Part shown: piece after piece, positions 1 through 10,347 of the stretch
Layout: each line of letters begins with the position of its first letter
Position numbering within the stretch: the stretch's first letter is position 1
DNA from: Isurus oxyrinchus
Taxonomy: Eukaryota
NCBI GenBank assembly: GCA_026770705.1
Contig: JANJGN010000037.1
Span: 1,178,001-1,242,000 of the forward strand
DNA length: 64,000 bases
Direction of reading: 5' to 3'
Position numbers and translations under genes: made by a program
The notes under the pieces: generated by a model
Databases searched by the model: none
Told to the model about the DNA's origin: nothing
Seen by the model: the letters and a program-made list of their open reading frames with translations, nothing else

Positions 1-100
1 ACACAGACATACACACCCTCTCCCAATCTCACAAACACACGCACACACGCACAATCATAATAGAAAACCATGATATTAAAAAGAGAAAGAGGGGAAATTA

Positions 101-238
101 AAGCAAAATGATGGGGATGTTGAAAATCAGCAACAAAAACAGAAAATGCTGGAGAAAATCAGCTGGTCTAACAGCATCTTTGGGGAGAAATAAATACAGA
201 CTCAACGTTTCGAGTCGTTATGACCCTTCTTTAGAAGG
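101..238 (-). mobile_element. Penelope-like element terminal fragment with a degenerate hammerhead core (repeated in every unit)
   Basis: The reverse complement resembles 49910-50045, the end of a GIY-YIG-bearing element. The minus strand reads CTAAAGA-A-GGGTC-ATAAC-GACTC-GAAAC-GTT. Confidence 0.65.
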
Positions 239-554
239 GGGGCAATTCTGCCAAACATTAAACGTCAATGGATCAAGGCAAAGGACAGGGTGTGCAGTCC
301 TTGAGATGGGGACAGTGTTCTACAGTAGCTCGCTGAGCACTGATCTGAGACAATATCAAGCAGTTGGTCCTTCTCTTCTCAAAGGAAAAAAAAGACCACT
401 TTTTAAAACACAGTCTCCCAGGTATGTTTTGCTTCAGAACCATGAAATCCATGTGACCCCCTTTGTGCACAGCCCTATCGAGTTGAAATGTTCACAGCCT
501 GATTTCATCATTGAGTTGTAGGCTTATCTGAAACAACATTCAGACTGGCAGAGC

Positions 555-711
555 TGGAGGTGGATGCGGGGCCGGAGTCGGGGGGGAGGGGGGGTTGCAG
601 TGTGGGGTGGGGTAGTGGATGGGGGAGGCAAGGGTGTTAGCCGTTGCGGGGAAGCAGTGAGGGGAGGGGCGTGTTGTGGGGGAGGATGATGGTGGGTTGG
701 GTGGGAGGGTT
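555..711 (+). repeat. G-rich low-complexity tract with G-quadruplex potential (one per unit)
   Basis: Many G3-G7 runs separated by short loops, e.g. GGGGGGGAGGGGGGGTTGCAGTGTGGGGTGGGG. Confidence 0.75.
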
Positions 712-1029
712 ACAGCTTCATATAATTTGACTATTTTTTAGCTGTGTTATAGGAGTTGCAAAAAGTCAGCTTTAATTCAACTTAGTAAAGAAACTCAGGG
801 GGGGAATTAACCGTCAGGGGAGTTAGGCAGCGCTCACTTCAATTGCTGGTCATCACATGTCTAAGTGGCAGCTTCCCAGGCCAGTAAGACTTGGGATGGG
901 GTTACTTTTGACAGAAAGTGTTGAAGTGGCATTTTCTTGCGACAGAACTGATAGCCAAGAATGTGCGGTAAATTAACAGAAAGTCCAACCAACTCATCCA
1001 CAAAGTCAAGCTGGTGAAATGAAATGACT

Positions 1030-1175
1030 GGAAACCTGGTTCTCACCCTGATCACTCGGTTCTCAGACATCCGCAATGTTCTAATGAAGCTCAAAGTTCG
1101 CTGGAGGAACAGAGGCTCATCCTTCAATTAGGAACTTTACAGCCTTCCAGTGTCAACATTCAGCTCAACAATATC
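1030..1175 (+). mobile_element. Penelope-like GIY-YIG endonuclease C-terminal remnant (one per unit)
   Basis: Decayed translation ...QCSNEAQSSLEEQRLILQLGTLQPSSVNIQLNN, homologous to the segments at 49335-49500 and 50643-50870. Confidence 0.7.
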
Positions 1176-1260
1176 GCTCTGTAAAAACTGCCAACATTCT
1201 GATTCCAGGCATAGCTTCTGCAAAATCACTGGAATAAAGCAGAAACAGTTGAGAAAGTAG

Positions 1261-1342
1261 TAATAAAGTTGGGACGTGAACCCACGGGTGCAAAGCACAA
1301 TGGATCAGCAATTCATCACCTTAACCTCTCAGCCATCTCACT
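1261..1342 (-). pseudogene. tRNA-Ser(GCT) pseudogene, unit 1
   Basis: The minus strand AGTGAGATGGCTGAGAGGTTAAGGTGATGAATTGCTGATCCATTGTGCTTTGCACCCGTGGGTTCACGTCCCAACTTTATTA aligns without gaps over 82 nt to vertebrate tRNA-Ser(GCT), including the long variable arm. The acceptor stem is weak and the T-loop is broken. Confidence 0.8.
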
Positions 1343-2129
1343 GTGAAACGACGCCTAATAAACCCCCTTCTATACTTTTTACATCCATGAACCGTTGAAA
1401 TAAATGATCCTCTTGTGTACAGGCACTGAATATTCGGCCAGATATGTAAAGATAGAAATGTATTTTCTGTCATTAAAGTAAATGCCCAGCACATCAGATC
1501 AGGGACTGTTGTAAACTGACTGATGTGAGTCACTTCAACCTAATATCTAATATCTTTCTACACAATGTGAAAACCCACCGCAGAAAGACCGGAACATACA
1601 AGCATTTGGTAGCAAAAGGAAAACCCCTCCCAGCCCACTGGAAATCCCGGAACACAGCTAAAATGTGGTCAATTAAAATAAAACACTGGTGTTCCCAGCT
1701 CTGCTTGTCCTTTCTGTCAAGATTGAAACTGAGTGCAATCAGGCTCGCACGTGAATCCACACGTAAACACTTCCCTCATTTGTTGCATTAGAATAAATTC
1801 AGAGTCTCATGGCACGTAGAAACATTCTTTAAACCTCACATTCATTTTCATCACGTGTGTTGAGGTGATGCATTCTCTGCAATGACTTCCCGGGTGTTCA
1901 AACCTGTTCCTGATTTCCGGAACTGCCACCAGCTCGAGCGCGAAAAAAAAGCTGCATTAAGATGGGCTCATCCAGTCCTCACACATATTAACTCATTGGA
2001 AAATCCAAAGCGACCAACAAGCCTCCTGCGTAACAACAGCCAGTCAAGGAATCCTTTCATTCTCACACAAAGTGCAGCAATCATAAGCAAACGACTTTTC
2101 ATGCTGGAAATATTTTCGAATGTTTTCGA

Positions 2130-2720
2130 AACCCCGGGGATGACTCCAACCAGTGGAGAGTTTCCCGCCTTATTTCCTTTGACTTCAGTATTGCTGGGGT
2201 TCCTTGATGCCACGTTAGGTCAAAAGCTTCTTTGAACTCAAGTGCAGTCACTTGCACCTCACGTCTTGAGTTCGGCGGCTTTCTTCATATTTGGACCAAG
2301 ACTGCAATGAGGTCAGGAGCTGAGTGACACTGGCAGAAAACAAACGGAGCTTCAGTGAGCGGGTTATGCTGAGTAAGTGTCACTTGATCGCACTGTCGAA
2401 GACATTTTCCCTCACCTTCTTGATAAACTAGAGAAGACGGATGGGTCGGTTTTTGCCGCTTGGATTTTCCTGTTTACTTTTGTGGACAAGACATACCTGA
2501 GAAATTTCCCACATTGCCCGGTAGACGCCAGTCTTGTAGCTGTAATGGAACAACTTGGTGAGGAACGAGACTCTTTCTGGAGCACAGGTTTTCAGTACTG
2601 CTGCAGGGATGGTGTCAGGGCTCAAAGCCTTTGCAGTTACCCGTACCTTCAGCCATTTCTTGATTTCACTTGGAGTGAATGGAGCTGGCTGAAGACAGAC
2701 ATCTGTGTTGCATTTCCCCA
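2130..2720 (-). mobile_element. Non-LTR retrotransposon (CR1/L2 group) reverse transcriptase fragment, frameshifted (one per unit)
   Basis: Minus-strand peptides PDTIPAAVLKTCAPE..LTKLFHYSYKTGVY..W..QVCLVHK..NRPIRLL and VTALEFKEAFDLTWHQG..LHWLES match the LINE RT N-terminal motifs (YRPISLL, LDxxKAFDxVxH). Confidence 0.85.
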
Positions 2721-2934
2721 GCTTTGTGCAAAAGCAGAACTGAGGGATTCACATACGTGGCTCTGTGAAACTCACTAGCTAAGTGGTGAAAGGTGACAGT
2801 GTTTATCACAAATGGGCCCCATTCATTCAGACACAGATTTGGTGCAAAAGTAGCCATGACCAAGTGCCACACACACACACATTTTTCTGATTTGCAGTTA
2901 GATGTGCTCCCGCTGTGACGCTTACATACTCAGG

Positions 2935-3105
2935 AGTTGAGAAAGTGTAGGTGCTATCTGGTTGAGGTAATTGAGATGATTAATAGGTTTTAATGCGGAG
3001 AAACGATTTCCTCTGGTGGGGGAATACAGAACAAATGGATATTACCTTAAACTGAGAGTGAAGCTATTTAATAGTGACGTCAGGGAGCAATTCAGTCAAA
3101 GGAGG
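2935..3105 (+). mobile_element. CR1 LINE ORF2 C-terminal fragment (one per unit)
   Basis: Decayed match to the CR1 tail (GDLIEV...EKLFPLVGESRTRGH.LK...F..DVR..F.Q), similar to 45520-45720 and 46260-46430. Confidence 0.7.
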
Positions 3106-3365
3106 AAGAACGCTGTTTGTAGGACAATCCCTGTGTAGCGATTGGCCGAGAGCTTATGACAATGAACTGATGCTTCGTTAGTCTTTGCACCCCCTATTTA
3201 TCAAGAAAAACTGGAAACCTGGAGGGAACTGAAATGAGGTGATGGCTGTCCTTTGTCATTATGCGATCATGTTCTCTAATGTAAGCTTAGGATTGTAGGT
3301 ATCTGTAAAACTAGCATTCTTAGTTCTCTGGGTCAATTCTGGCATTGAAGAATGCACATTTGTCA

Positions 3366-3438
3366 GCCGAAATAGCTCAGTTGGGAGAGCGTTAGACTGA
3401 AGATCTAAAGGTCCCTGGTTCAATCGCGGGTTTCGGCA
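3366..3438 (+). tRNA. tRNA-Phe(GAA), unit 1, C61G variant (probably impaired)
   Basis: GCCGAAATAGCTCAGTTGGGAGAGCGTTAGACTGAAGATCTAAAGGTCCCTGGTTCAATCGCGGGTTTCGGCA. The G53-C61 pair and the B-box C are lost. Confidence 0.85.
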
Positions 3439-4476
3439 GTAAATAGCAAATCCTATTGCCTGAGCATCACCAGCTGCTGCTTGTGTTATTTGCTAGCTGA
3501 TGGTGCCAACTGCTTTTGGGGACACCCAGTCCAGCTTCTGAGGCCCTCGCTCCATATCACACGGAAAGCTTTGTGCCCGCTGGTCCACGTTCATGGAATA
3601 AAGCTCACTTTCACCTTTCTTGAAAAAAAAATGTAAAACCGCTTGTCAACTCAGCTCCCATGAAACTATGCTAACAACTGTGCAACTTTCATATGTTCCC
3701 AGCTTCTGGTCCCTCAATCGGTCATTGGGAATTTAAATTCCTCCAAATCAGTCTTTTCACCATTTGCAATGGTACTTTTTAAACGTTAACCGGGGGACCG
3801 TAATTGGAATCCAATTAATCCATTGTTTCCCTCTCGTTTATTATTATTTCTTTGTGTCTGTGTCTCTCAGTGATTAGGTCGAGAAATGAGCTCGCCTCAG
3901 TCATATGGCGGCCGGATCTCATGAGTATAACAAATATTTACCCTTTCCTTTTAACTTCAGATCACAATTTCTCACTGAAACACAAGAATTGCTGCTTAAC
4001 CTGCTCCAAGGGCACTTCCATGGCTCACTCAAACTAATAATTTGACCTTTCAGTAAGCTCTTTGTGTGCAGCTGTTTCCTCAGTCACGAATATTGGAATC
4101 AGATCCTAGTTTTCTGCATGTTTAATGGGAAGCCCAACATGTCATCGGCTTTACAGAAAGAGTCGACAGTGACCTGGAGTTAAGTTTGTGAGTTTAGTTT
4201 CCGTGCGGAATGGAAGGAGTGCGCTGTTGGTCTAGTCCCACTACTCCACAGGTCGCAACATTGGTTCAAGTATTCATTTCACTCATCAAAATGGCCAATT
4301 ATTTACCTTCACCACTGTTCCCGAGAATAAAAGAGGTTTAAAAGTGGATTATTTCAATAAACAATAAATTTGTTTGTTTATTATAAAGAAGGTATTTTCG
4401 AATAGGAAAATGAAGCTTACGAATGTACAGTGTGAAACTGAAATTACGCGAATTAATCTTTCGAGATACTATATGT

Positions 4477-4502
4477 CACACACACACACACACACACACA
4501 CA
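4477..4502 (+). repeat. (CA)13 microsatellite at the unit end; equivalents at 8975-9010, 13482-13515, 22563-22628 and 31689-31762
   Basis: Counted directly: 13, 18, 17, 33 and 37 repeats. Confidence 0.95.
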
Positions 4503-5757
4503 GACATACACACCCTCTCCCAATCTCACAAACACACGCACACACGCACAATCATAATAGAAAACCATGATATTAAAAAGAGAAAGAGGGGAAATTAAAG
4601 CAAAATGATGGGGATGTTGAAAATCAGCAACAAAAACAGAAAATGCTGGAGAAAATCAGCTGGTCTAACAGCATCTTTGGGGAGAAATAAATACAGACTC
4701 AACGTTTCGAGTCGTTATGACCCTTCTTTAGAAGGGGGGCAATTCTGCCAAACATTAAACGTCAATGGATCAAGGCAAAGGACAGGGTGTGCAGTCCTTG
4801 AGATGGGGACAGTGTTCTACAGTAGCTCCCTGAGCACTGATCTGAGACAATATCAAGCAGTTGGTCCTTCTCTTCTCAAAGGAAAAAAAAGACCACTTTT
4901 TAAAACACAGTCTCCCAGGTATGTTTTGCTTCAGAACCATGAAATCCATGTGACCCCCTTTGTGCACAGCCCTATCGAGTTGAAATGTTCACAGCCTGAT
5001 TTCATCATTGAGTTGTAGGCTTATCTGAAACAACATTCAGACTGGCAGAGCTGGAGGTGGATGCGGGGCCGGAGTCGGGGGGGAGGGGGGGTTGCAGTGT
5101 GGGGTGGGGTAGTGGATGGGGGAGGCAAGGGTGTTAGCCGTTGGGGGGAAGCAGTGAGGGGAGGGGCGTGTTGTGGGGGAGGATGATGGTGGGTTGGGTG
5201 GGAGGGTTACAGCTTCATATAATTTGACTATTTTTTAGCTGTGTTATAGGAGTTGCAAAAAGTCAGCTTTAATTCAACTTAGTAAAGAAACTCAGGGGGG
5301 GAATTAACGGTCAGGGGAGTTAGGCAGCGCTCACTTCAATTGCTGGTCATCACATGTCTAAGTGGCAGCTTCCCAGGCCAGTAAGACTTGGGATGGGGTT
5401 ACTTTTGACAGAAAGTGTTGAAGTGGCATTTTCTTGCGACAGAACTGATAGCCAAGAATGTGCGGTAAATTAACAGAAAGTCCAACCAACTCATCCACAA
5501 AGTCAAGCTGGTGAAATGAAATGACTGGAAACCTGGTTCTCACCCTGATCACTCGGTTCTCAGACATCTGCAATGTTCTAATGAAGCTCAAAGTTCGCTG
5601 GAGGAACAGAGGCTCATCCTTCAATTAGGAACTTTACAGCCTTCCAATGTCAACATTCAGCTCAACAATATCGCTCTGTAAAAACTGCCAACATTCTGAT
5701 TCCAGGCATAGCTTCTGCAAAATCACTGGAATAAAGCAGAAACAGTTGAGAAAGTAG

Positions 5758-5839
5758 TAATAAAGTTGGGACGTGAACCCACGGGTGCAAAGCACAATGG
5801 ATCAGCAATTCATCACCTTTACCTCTCAGCCATCTCACT
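5758..5839 (-). pseudogene. tRNA-Ser(GCT) pseudogene, unit 2
   Basis: Copy of 1261-1342. Confidence 0.8.
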
Positions 5840-7863
5840 GTGAAACGACGCCTAATAAACCCCCTTCTATACTTTTTACATCCATGAACCGTTGAAATAA
5901 ATGATCCTCTTGAGTACAGGCACTGAATATTCGGCCAGATATGTAAAGATAGAAATGTATTTTCTGTCATTAAAGTAAATGCCCAGCACATCAGATCAGG
6001 GACTGTTGTAAACTGACTGATGTGAGTCACTTCAACCTAATATCTAATATCTTTCTACACAATGTGAAAACCCACCGCAGAATGACCGGAACATACAAGC
6101 ATTTGGTAGCAAAAGGAAAACCCCTCCCAGCCCACTGGAAGTACCGGAACACAGCTAAAATGTGGTCAATTAAAATAAAACACTGGTGTTCCCAGCTCTG
6201 CTTGTCCTTTCTGTCAAGATTGAAACTGAGTGCAATCAGGCTCGCACGTGAATCCACACGTAAACACTTCCCTCATTTGTTGCATTAGAATAAATTCAGA
6301 GTCTCATGGCACGTAGAAACATTCTTTAAACCTCACATTCATTTTCATCACGTGTGTTGAGGTGATGCATTCTCTGCAATGACTTCCCGGGTGTTCAAAC
6401 CTGTTCCTGATTTCCGGAACTGCCACCAGCTCGAGCGCGAAAAAAAAGCTGCATTAAGATGGGCTCATCCAGGTCCTCACACATATTAACTCATTGGAAA
6501 ATCCAAAGCGACCAACAAGCCTCCTGCGTAACAACAGCCAGTCAAGGAATCCTTTCATTCTCACACAAAGTGCAGCAATCATAAGCAAACGACTTTTCAT
6601 GCTGGAAATATTTTCGAATGTTTTCGAAACCCCGGGGATGACTCCAACCAGTGGAGAGTTTCCCGCCTTATTTCCTTTGACTTCAGTATTGCTGGGGTTC
6701 CTTGATGCCACGTTAGGTCAAAAGCTTCTTTGAACTCAAGTGCAGTCACTTGCACCTCACGTCTTGAGTTCGGCGGCTTTCTTCATATTTGGACCAAGAC
6801 TGCAATGAGGTCAGGAGCTGAGTGATACTGGCAGAAAACAAACGGAGCTTCAGTGAGCGGGTTATGCTGAGTAAGTGTCACTTGATCGCACTGTCGAAGA
6901 CATTTTCCCTCACCTTCTTGATAAACTAGAGAAGACGGATGGGTCGGTTTTTGCCGCTTGGATTTTCCTGTTTACTTTTGTGGACAAGACATACCTGAGA
7001 AATTTCCCTCATTGCCCGGTAGACGCCAGTCTTGTAGCTGTAATGGAACAACTTGGTGAGGAACGAGACTCTTTCTGGAGCACAGGTTTTCAGTACTGCT
7101 GCAGGGATGGTGTCAGGGCTCAAAGCCTTTGCAGTTACCCGTACCTTCAGCCATTTCTTGATTTCACTTGGAGTGAATGGAGCTGGCTGAAGACAGACAT
7201 CTGTGTTGCATTTGTCCAGCTTTGTGCAAAAGCAGAACTGAGGGATTCACATACGTGGCTCTGTGAAACTCACTAGCTAAGTGGTGAAAGGTGACAGTGT
7301 TTATCACAAATGGGCCCCATTCATTCAGACACAGATTTGGTGCAAAAGTAGCCATGACCAAGTGCCACACACACACACATTTTTCTGATTTGCAGTTAGA
7401 TGTGCTCCCGCTGTGACGCTTACATACTCAGGAGTTGAGAAAGTGTAGGTGCTATCTGGTTGAGGTAATTGAGATGATTAATAGGTTTTAATGCGGAGAA
7501 ACGATTTCCTCTGGTGGGGGAATACAGAACAAATGGATATTACCTTAAACTGAGAGTGAAGCTATTTAATAGTGACGTCAGGGAGCAATTCAGTCAAAGG
7601 AGGAAGAACGCTGTTTGTAGGACAATCCCTGTGTAGCGATTGGCCGAGCGCTTATGACAATGAACTGATGCTTCGTTAGTCTTTGCACCCCCTATTTATC
7701 AAGAAAAACTGGAAACCTGGAGGGAACTGAAATGAGGTGATGGCTGTCCTTTGTCATTATGCGATCATGTTCTCTAATGTAAGCGGAGGATTGTAGGTAT
7801 CTGTAAAACTAGCATTCTTAGTTCTCTGGGTCAATTCTGGCATTGAAGAATGCACATTTGTCA

Positions 7864-7936
7864 GCCGAAATAGCTCAGTTGGGAGAGCGTTAGACTGAAG
7901 ATCTAAAGGTCCCTGGTTCAATCCCGGGTTTCGGCA
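7864..7936 (+). tRNA. tRNA-Phe(GAA), unit 2, intact
   Basis: Canonical 73-nt vertebrate tRNA-Phe with intact A and B boxes and stems (...GGTTCAATCCCGGGTTTCGGCA). Confidence 0.97.
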
Positions 7937-8973
7937 GTAAATAGCAAATCCTATTGCCTGAGCATCACCAGCTGCTGCTTGTGTTATTTGCTAGCTGATG
8001 GTGCCAACTGCTTTTGGGGACACCCAGTCCAGCTTCTGAGGCCCTCGCTCCATATCACACGGAAAGCTTTGTGCCCGCTGGTCCACGTTCATGGAATAAA
8101 GCTCACTTTCACCTTTCTTGAAAAAAAAATGTAAAACCGCTTGTCAACTCAGCTCCCATGAAACTATGCTAACAACTGTGCAACTTTCATATGTTCCCAG
8201 CTTCTGGTCCCTCAATCGGTCATTGGGAATTTAAATTCCTCCAAATCAGTCTTTTCACCATTTGCAATGGTGCTTTTTAAACGTTAACCGGGGGACCGTA
8301 ATTGGAATCCAATTAATCCATTGTTTCCCTCTCGTTTATTATTATTTCTTTGTGTCTGTGTCTCTCAGTGATTAGGTCGAGAAATGAGCTCGCCTCAGTC
8401 ATATGGCGGCCGGATCTCATGAGTATATCAAATATTTACCCTTTCCTTTTAACTTCAGATCACAATTTCTCACTGAAACACAAGAATTGCTGCTTAACCT
8501 GCTCCAAGGGCACTTCCATGGCTCACTCAAACTAATAATTTGACCTTTCAGTAAGCTCTTTGTGTGCAGCTGTTTCCTCAGTCACGAATATTGGAATCAG
8601 ATCCTAGTTTTCTGCATGTTTAATGGGAAGCCCAACATGTCATCGGCTTTACAGAAAGAGTCGACAGTGACCTGGAGTTAAGTTTGTGAGTTTAGTTTCC
8701 GTGCGGAATGGAAGGAGTGCGCTGTTGGTCTAGTCCCACTACTCCACAGGTCGCAACATTGGTTCAAGTATTCATTTCACTCATCAAAATGGCCAATTAT
8801 TTACCTTCACCACTGTTCCCGAGAATAAAAGAGGTTTAAAAGTGGATTATTTCAATAAACAATAAATTTGTTTGTTTATTATAAAGAAGGTATTTTCGAA
8901 TAGGAAAATGAAGCTTACGAATGTACAGTGTGAAACTGAAATTACGCGAATTAATCTTTCGAGATACTATATG

Positions 8974-9014
<41 letters not shown>

Positions 9015-10265
9015 TACACACCCTCTCCCAATCTCACAAACACACGCACACACGCACAATCATAATAGAAAACCATGATATTAAAAAGAGAAAGAGGGGA
9101 AATTAAAGCAAAATGATGGGGATGTTGAAAATCAGCAACAAAAACAGAAAATGCTGGAGAAAATCAGCTGGTCTAACAGCATCTTTGGGGAGAAATAAAT
9201 ACAGACTCAACGTTTCGAGTCGTTATGACCCTTCTTTAGAAGGGGGGCAATTCTGCCAAACATTAAACGTCAATGGATCAAGGCAAAGGACAGGGTGTGC
9301 AGTCCTTGAGATGGGGACAGTGTTCTACAGTAGCTCCCTGAGCACTGATCTGAGACAATATCAAGCAGTTGGTCCTTCTCTTCTCAAAGGAAAAAAAAGA
9401 CCACTTTTTAAAACACAGTCTCCCAGGTATGTTTTGCTTCAGAACCATGAAATCCATGTGACCCCCTTTGTGCACAGCCCTATCGAGTTGAAATGTTCAC
9501 AGCCTGATTTCATCATTGAGTTGTAGGCTTATCTGAAACAACATTCAGACTGGCAGAGCTGGAGGTGGATGCGGGGCCGGAGTCGGGGGGGAGGGGGGGT
9601 TGCAGTGTGGGGTGGGGTAGTGGATGGGGGAGGCAAGGGTGTTAGCCGTTGCGGGGAAGCAGTGAGGGGAGGGGCGTGTTGTGGGGGAGGATGATGGTGG
9701 GTTGGGTGGGAGGGTTACAGCTTCATATAATTTGACTATTTTTTAGCTGTGTTATAGGAGTTGCAAAAAGTCAGCTTTAATTCAACTTAGTAAAGAAACT
9801 CAGGGGGGGAATTAACGGTCAGGGGAGTTAGGCAGCGCTCACTTCAATTGCTGGTCATCACATGTCTAAGTGGCAGCTTCCCAGGCCAGTAAGACTTGGG
9901 ATGGGGTTACTTTTGACAGAAAGTGTTGAAGTGGCATTTTCTTGCGACAGAACTGATAGCCAAGAATGTGCGGTAAATTAACAGAAAGTCCAACCAACTC
10001 ATCCACAAAGTCAAGCTGGTGAAATGAAATGACTGGAAACCTGGTTCTCACCCTGATCACTCGGTTCTCAGACATCCGCAATGTTCTAATGAAGCTCAAA
10101 GTTCGCTGGAGGAACAGAGGCTCATCCTTCAATTAGGAACTTTACAGCCTTCCAGTGTCAACATTCAGCTCAACAATATCGCTCTGTAAAAACTGCCAAC
10201 ATTCTGATTCCAGGCATAGCTTCTGCAAAATCACTGGAATAAAGCAGAAACAGTTGAGAAAGTAG

Positions 10266-10347
10266 TAATAAAGTTGGGACGTGAACCCACGGGTGCAAAG
10301 CACAATGGATCAGCAATTCATCACCTTAACCTCTCAGCCATCTCACT
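10266..10347 (-). pseudogene. tRNA-Ser(GCT) pseudogene, unit 3
   Basis: Copy of 1261-1342. Confidence 0.8.

Noticed and set aside
108-521. 137-aa ORF and other short ORFs recurring in each unit
   Set aside because: They overlap repeat remnants, resemble no protein I recognise, and the 137-aa ORF is frameshifted in units 6 and 8. Recurrence only reflects the DNA duplication.
1882-2080. Possible plus-strand LINE C-terminal remnant (QLE...W.HP..THINSLE)
   Set aside because: The resemblance is too weak to call without a profile search.
2377-2778. 133-aa plus-strand ORF open in all units
   Set aside because: It is the antisense shadow of the LINE RT fragment and starts at GTG.
4355-4382. AATAAACAA/TTGTTTATT inverted repeat
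   Set aside because: Short and AT-rich, and imperfect in several units; likely chance.
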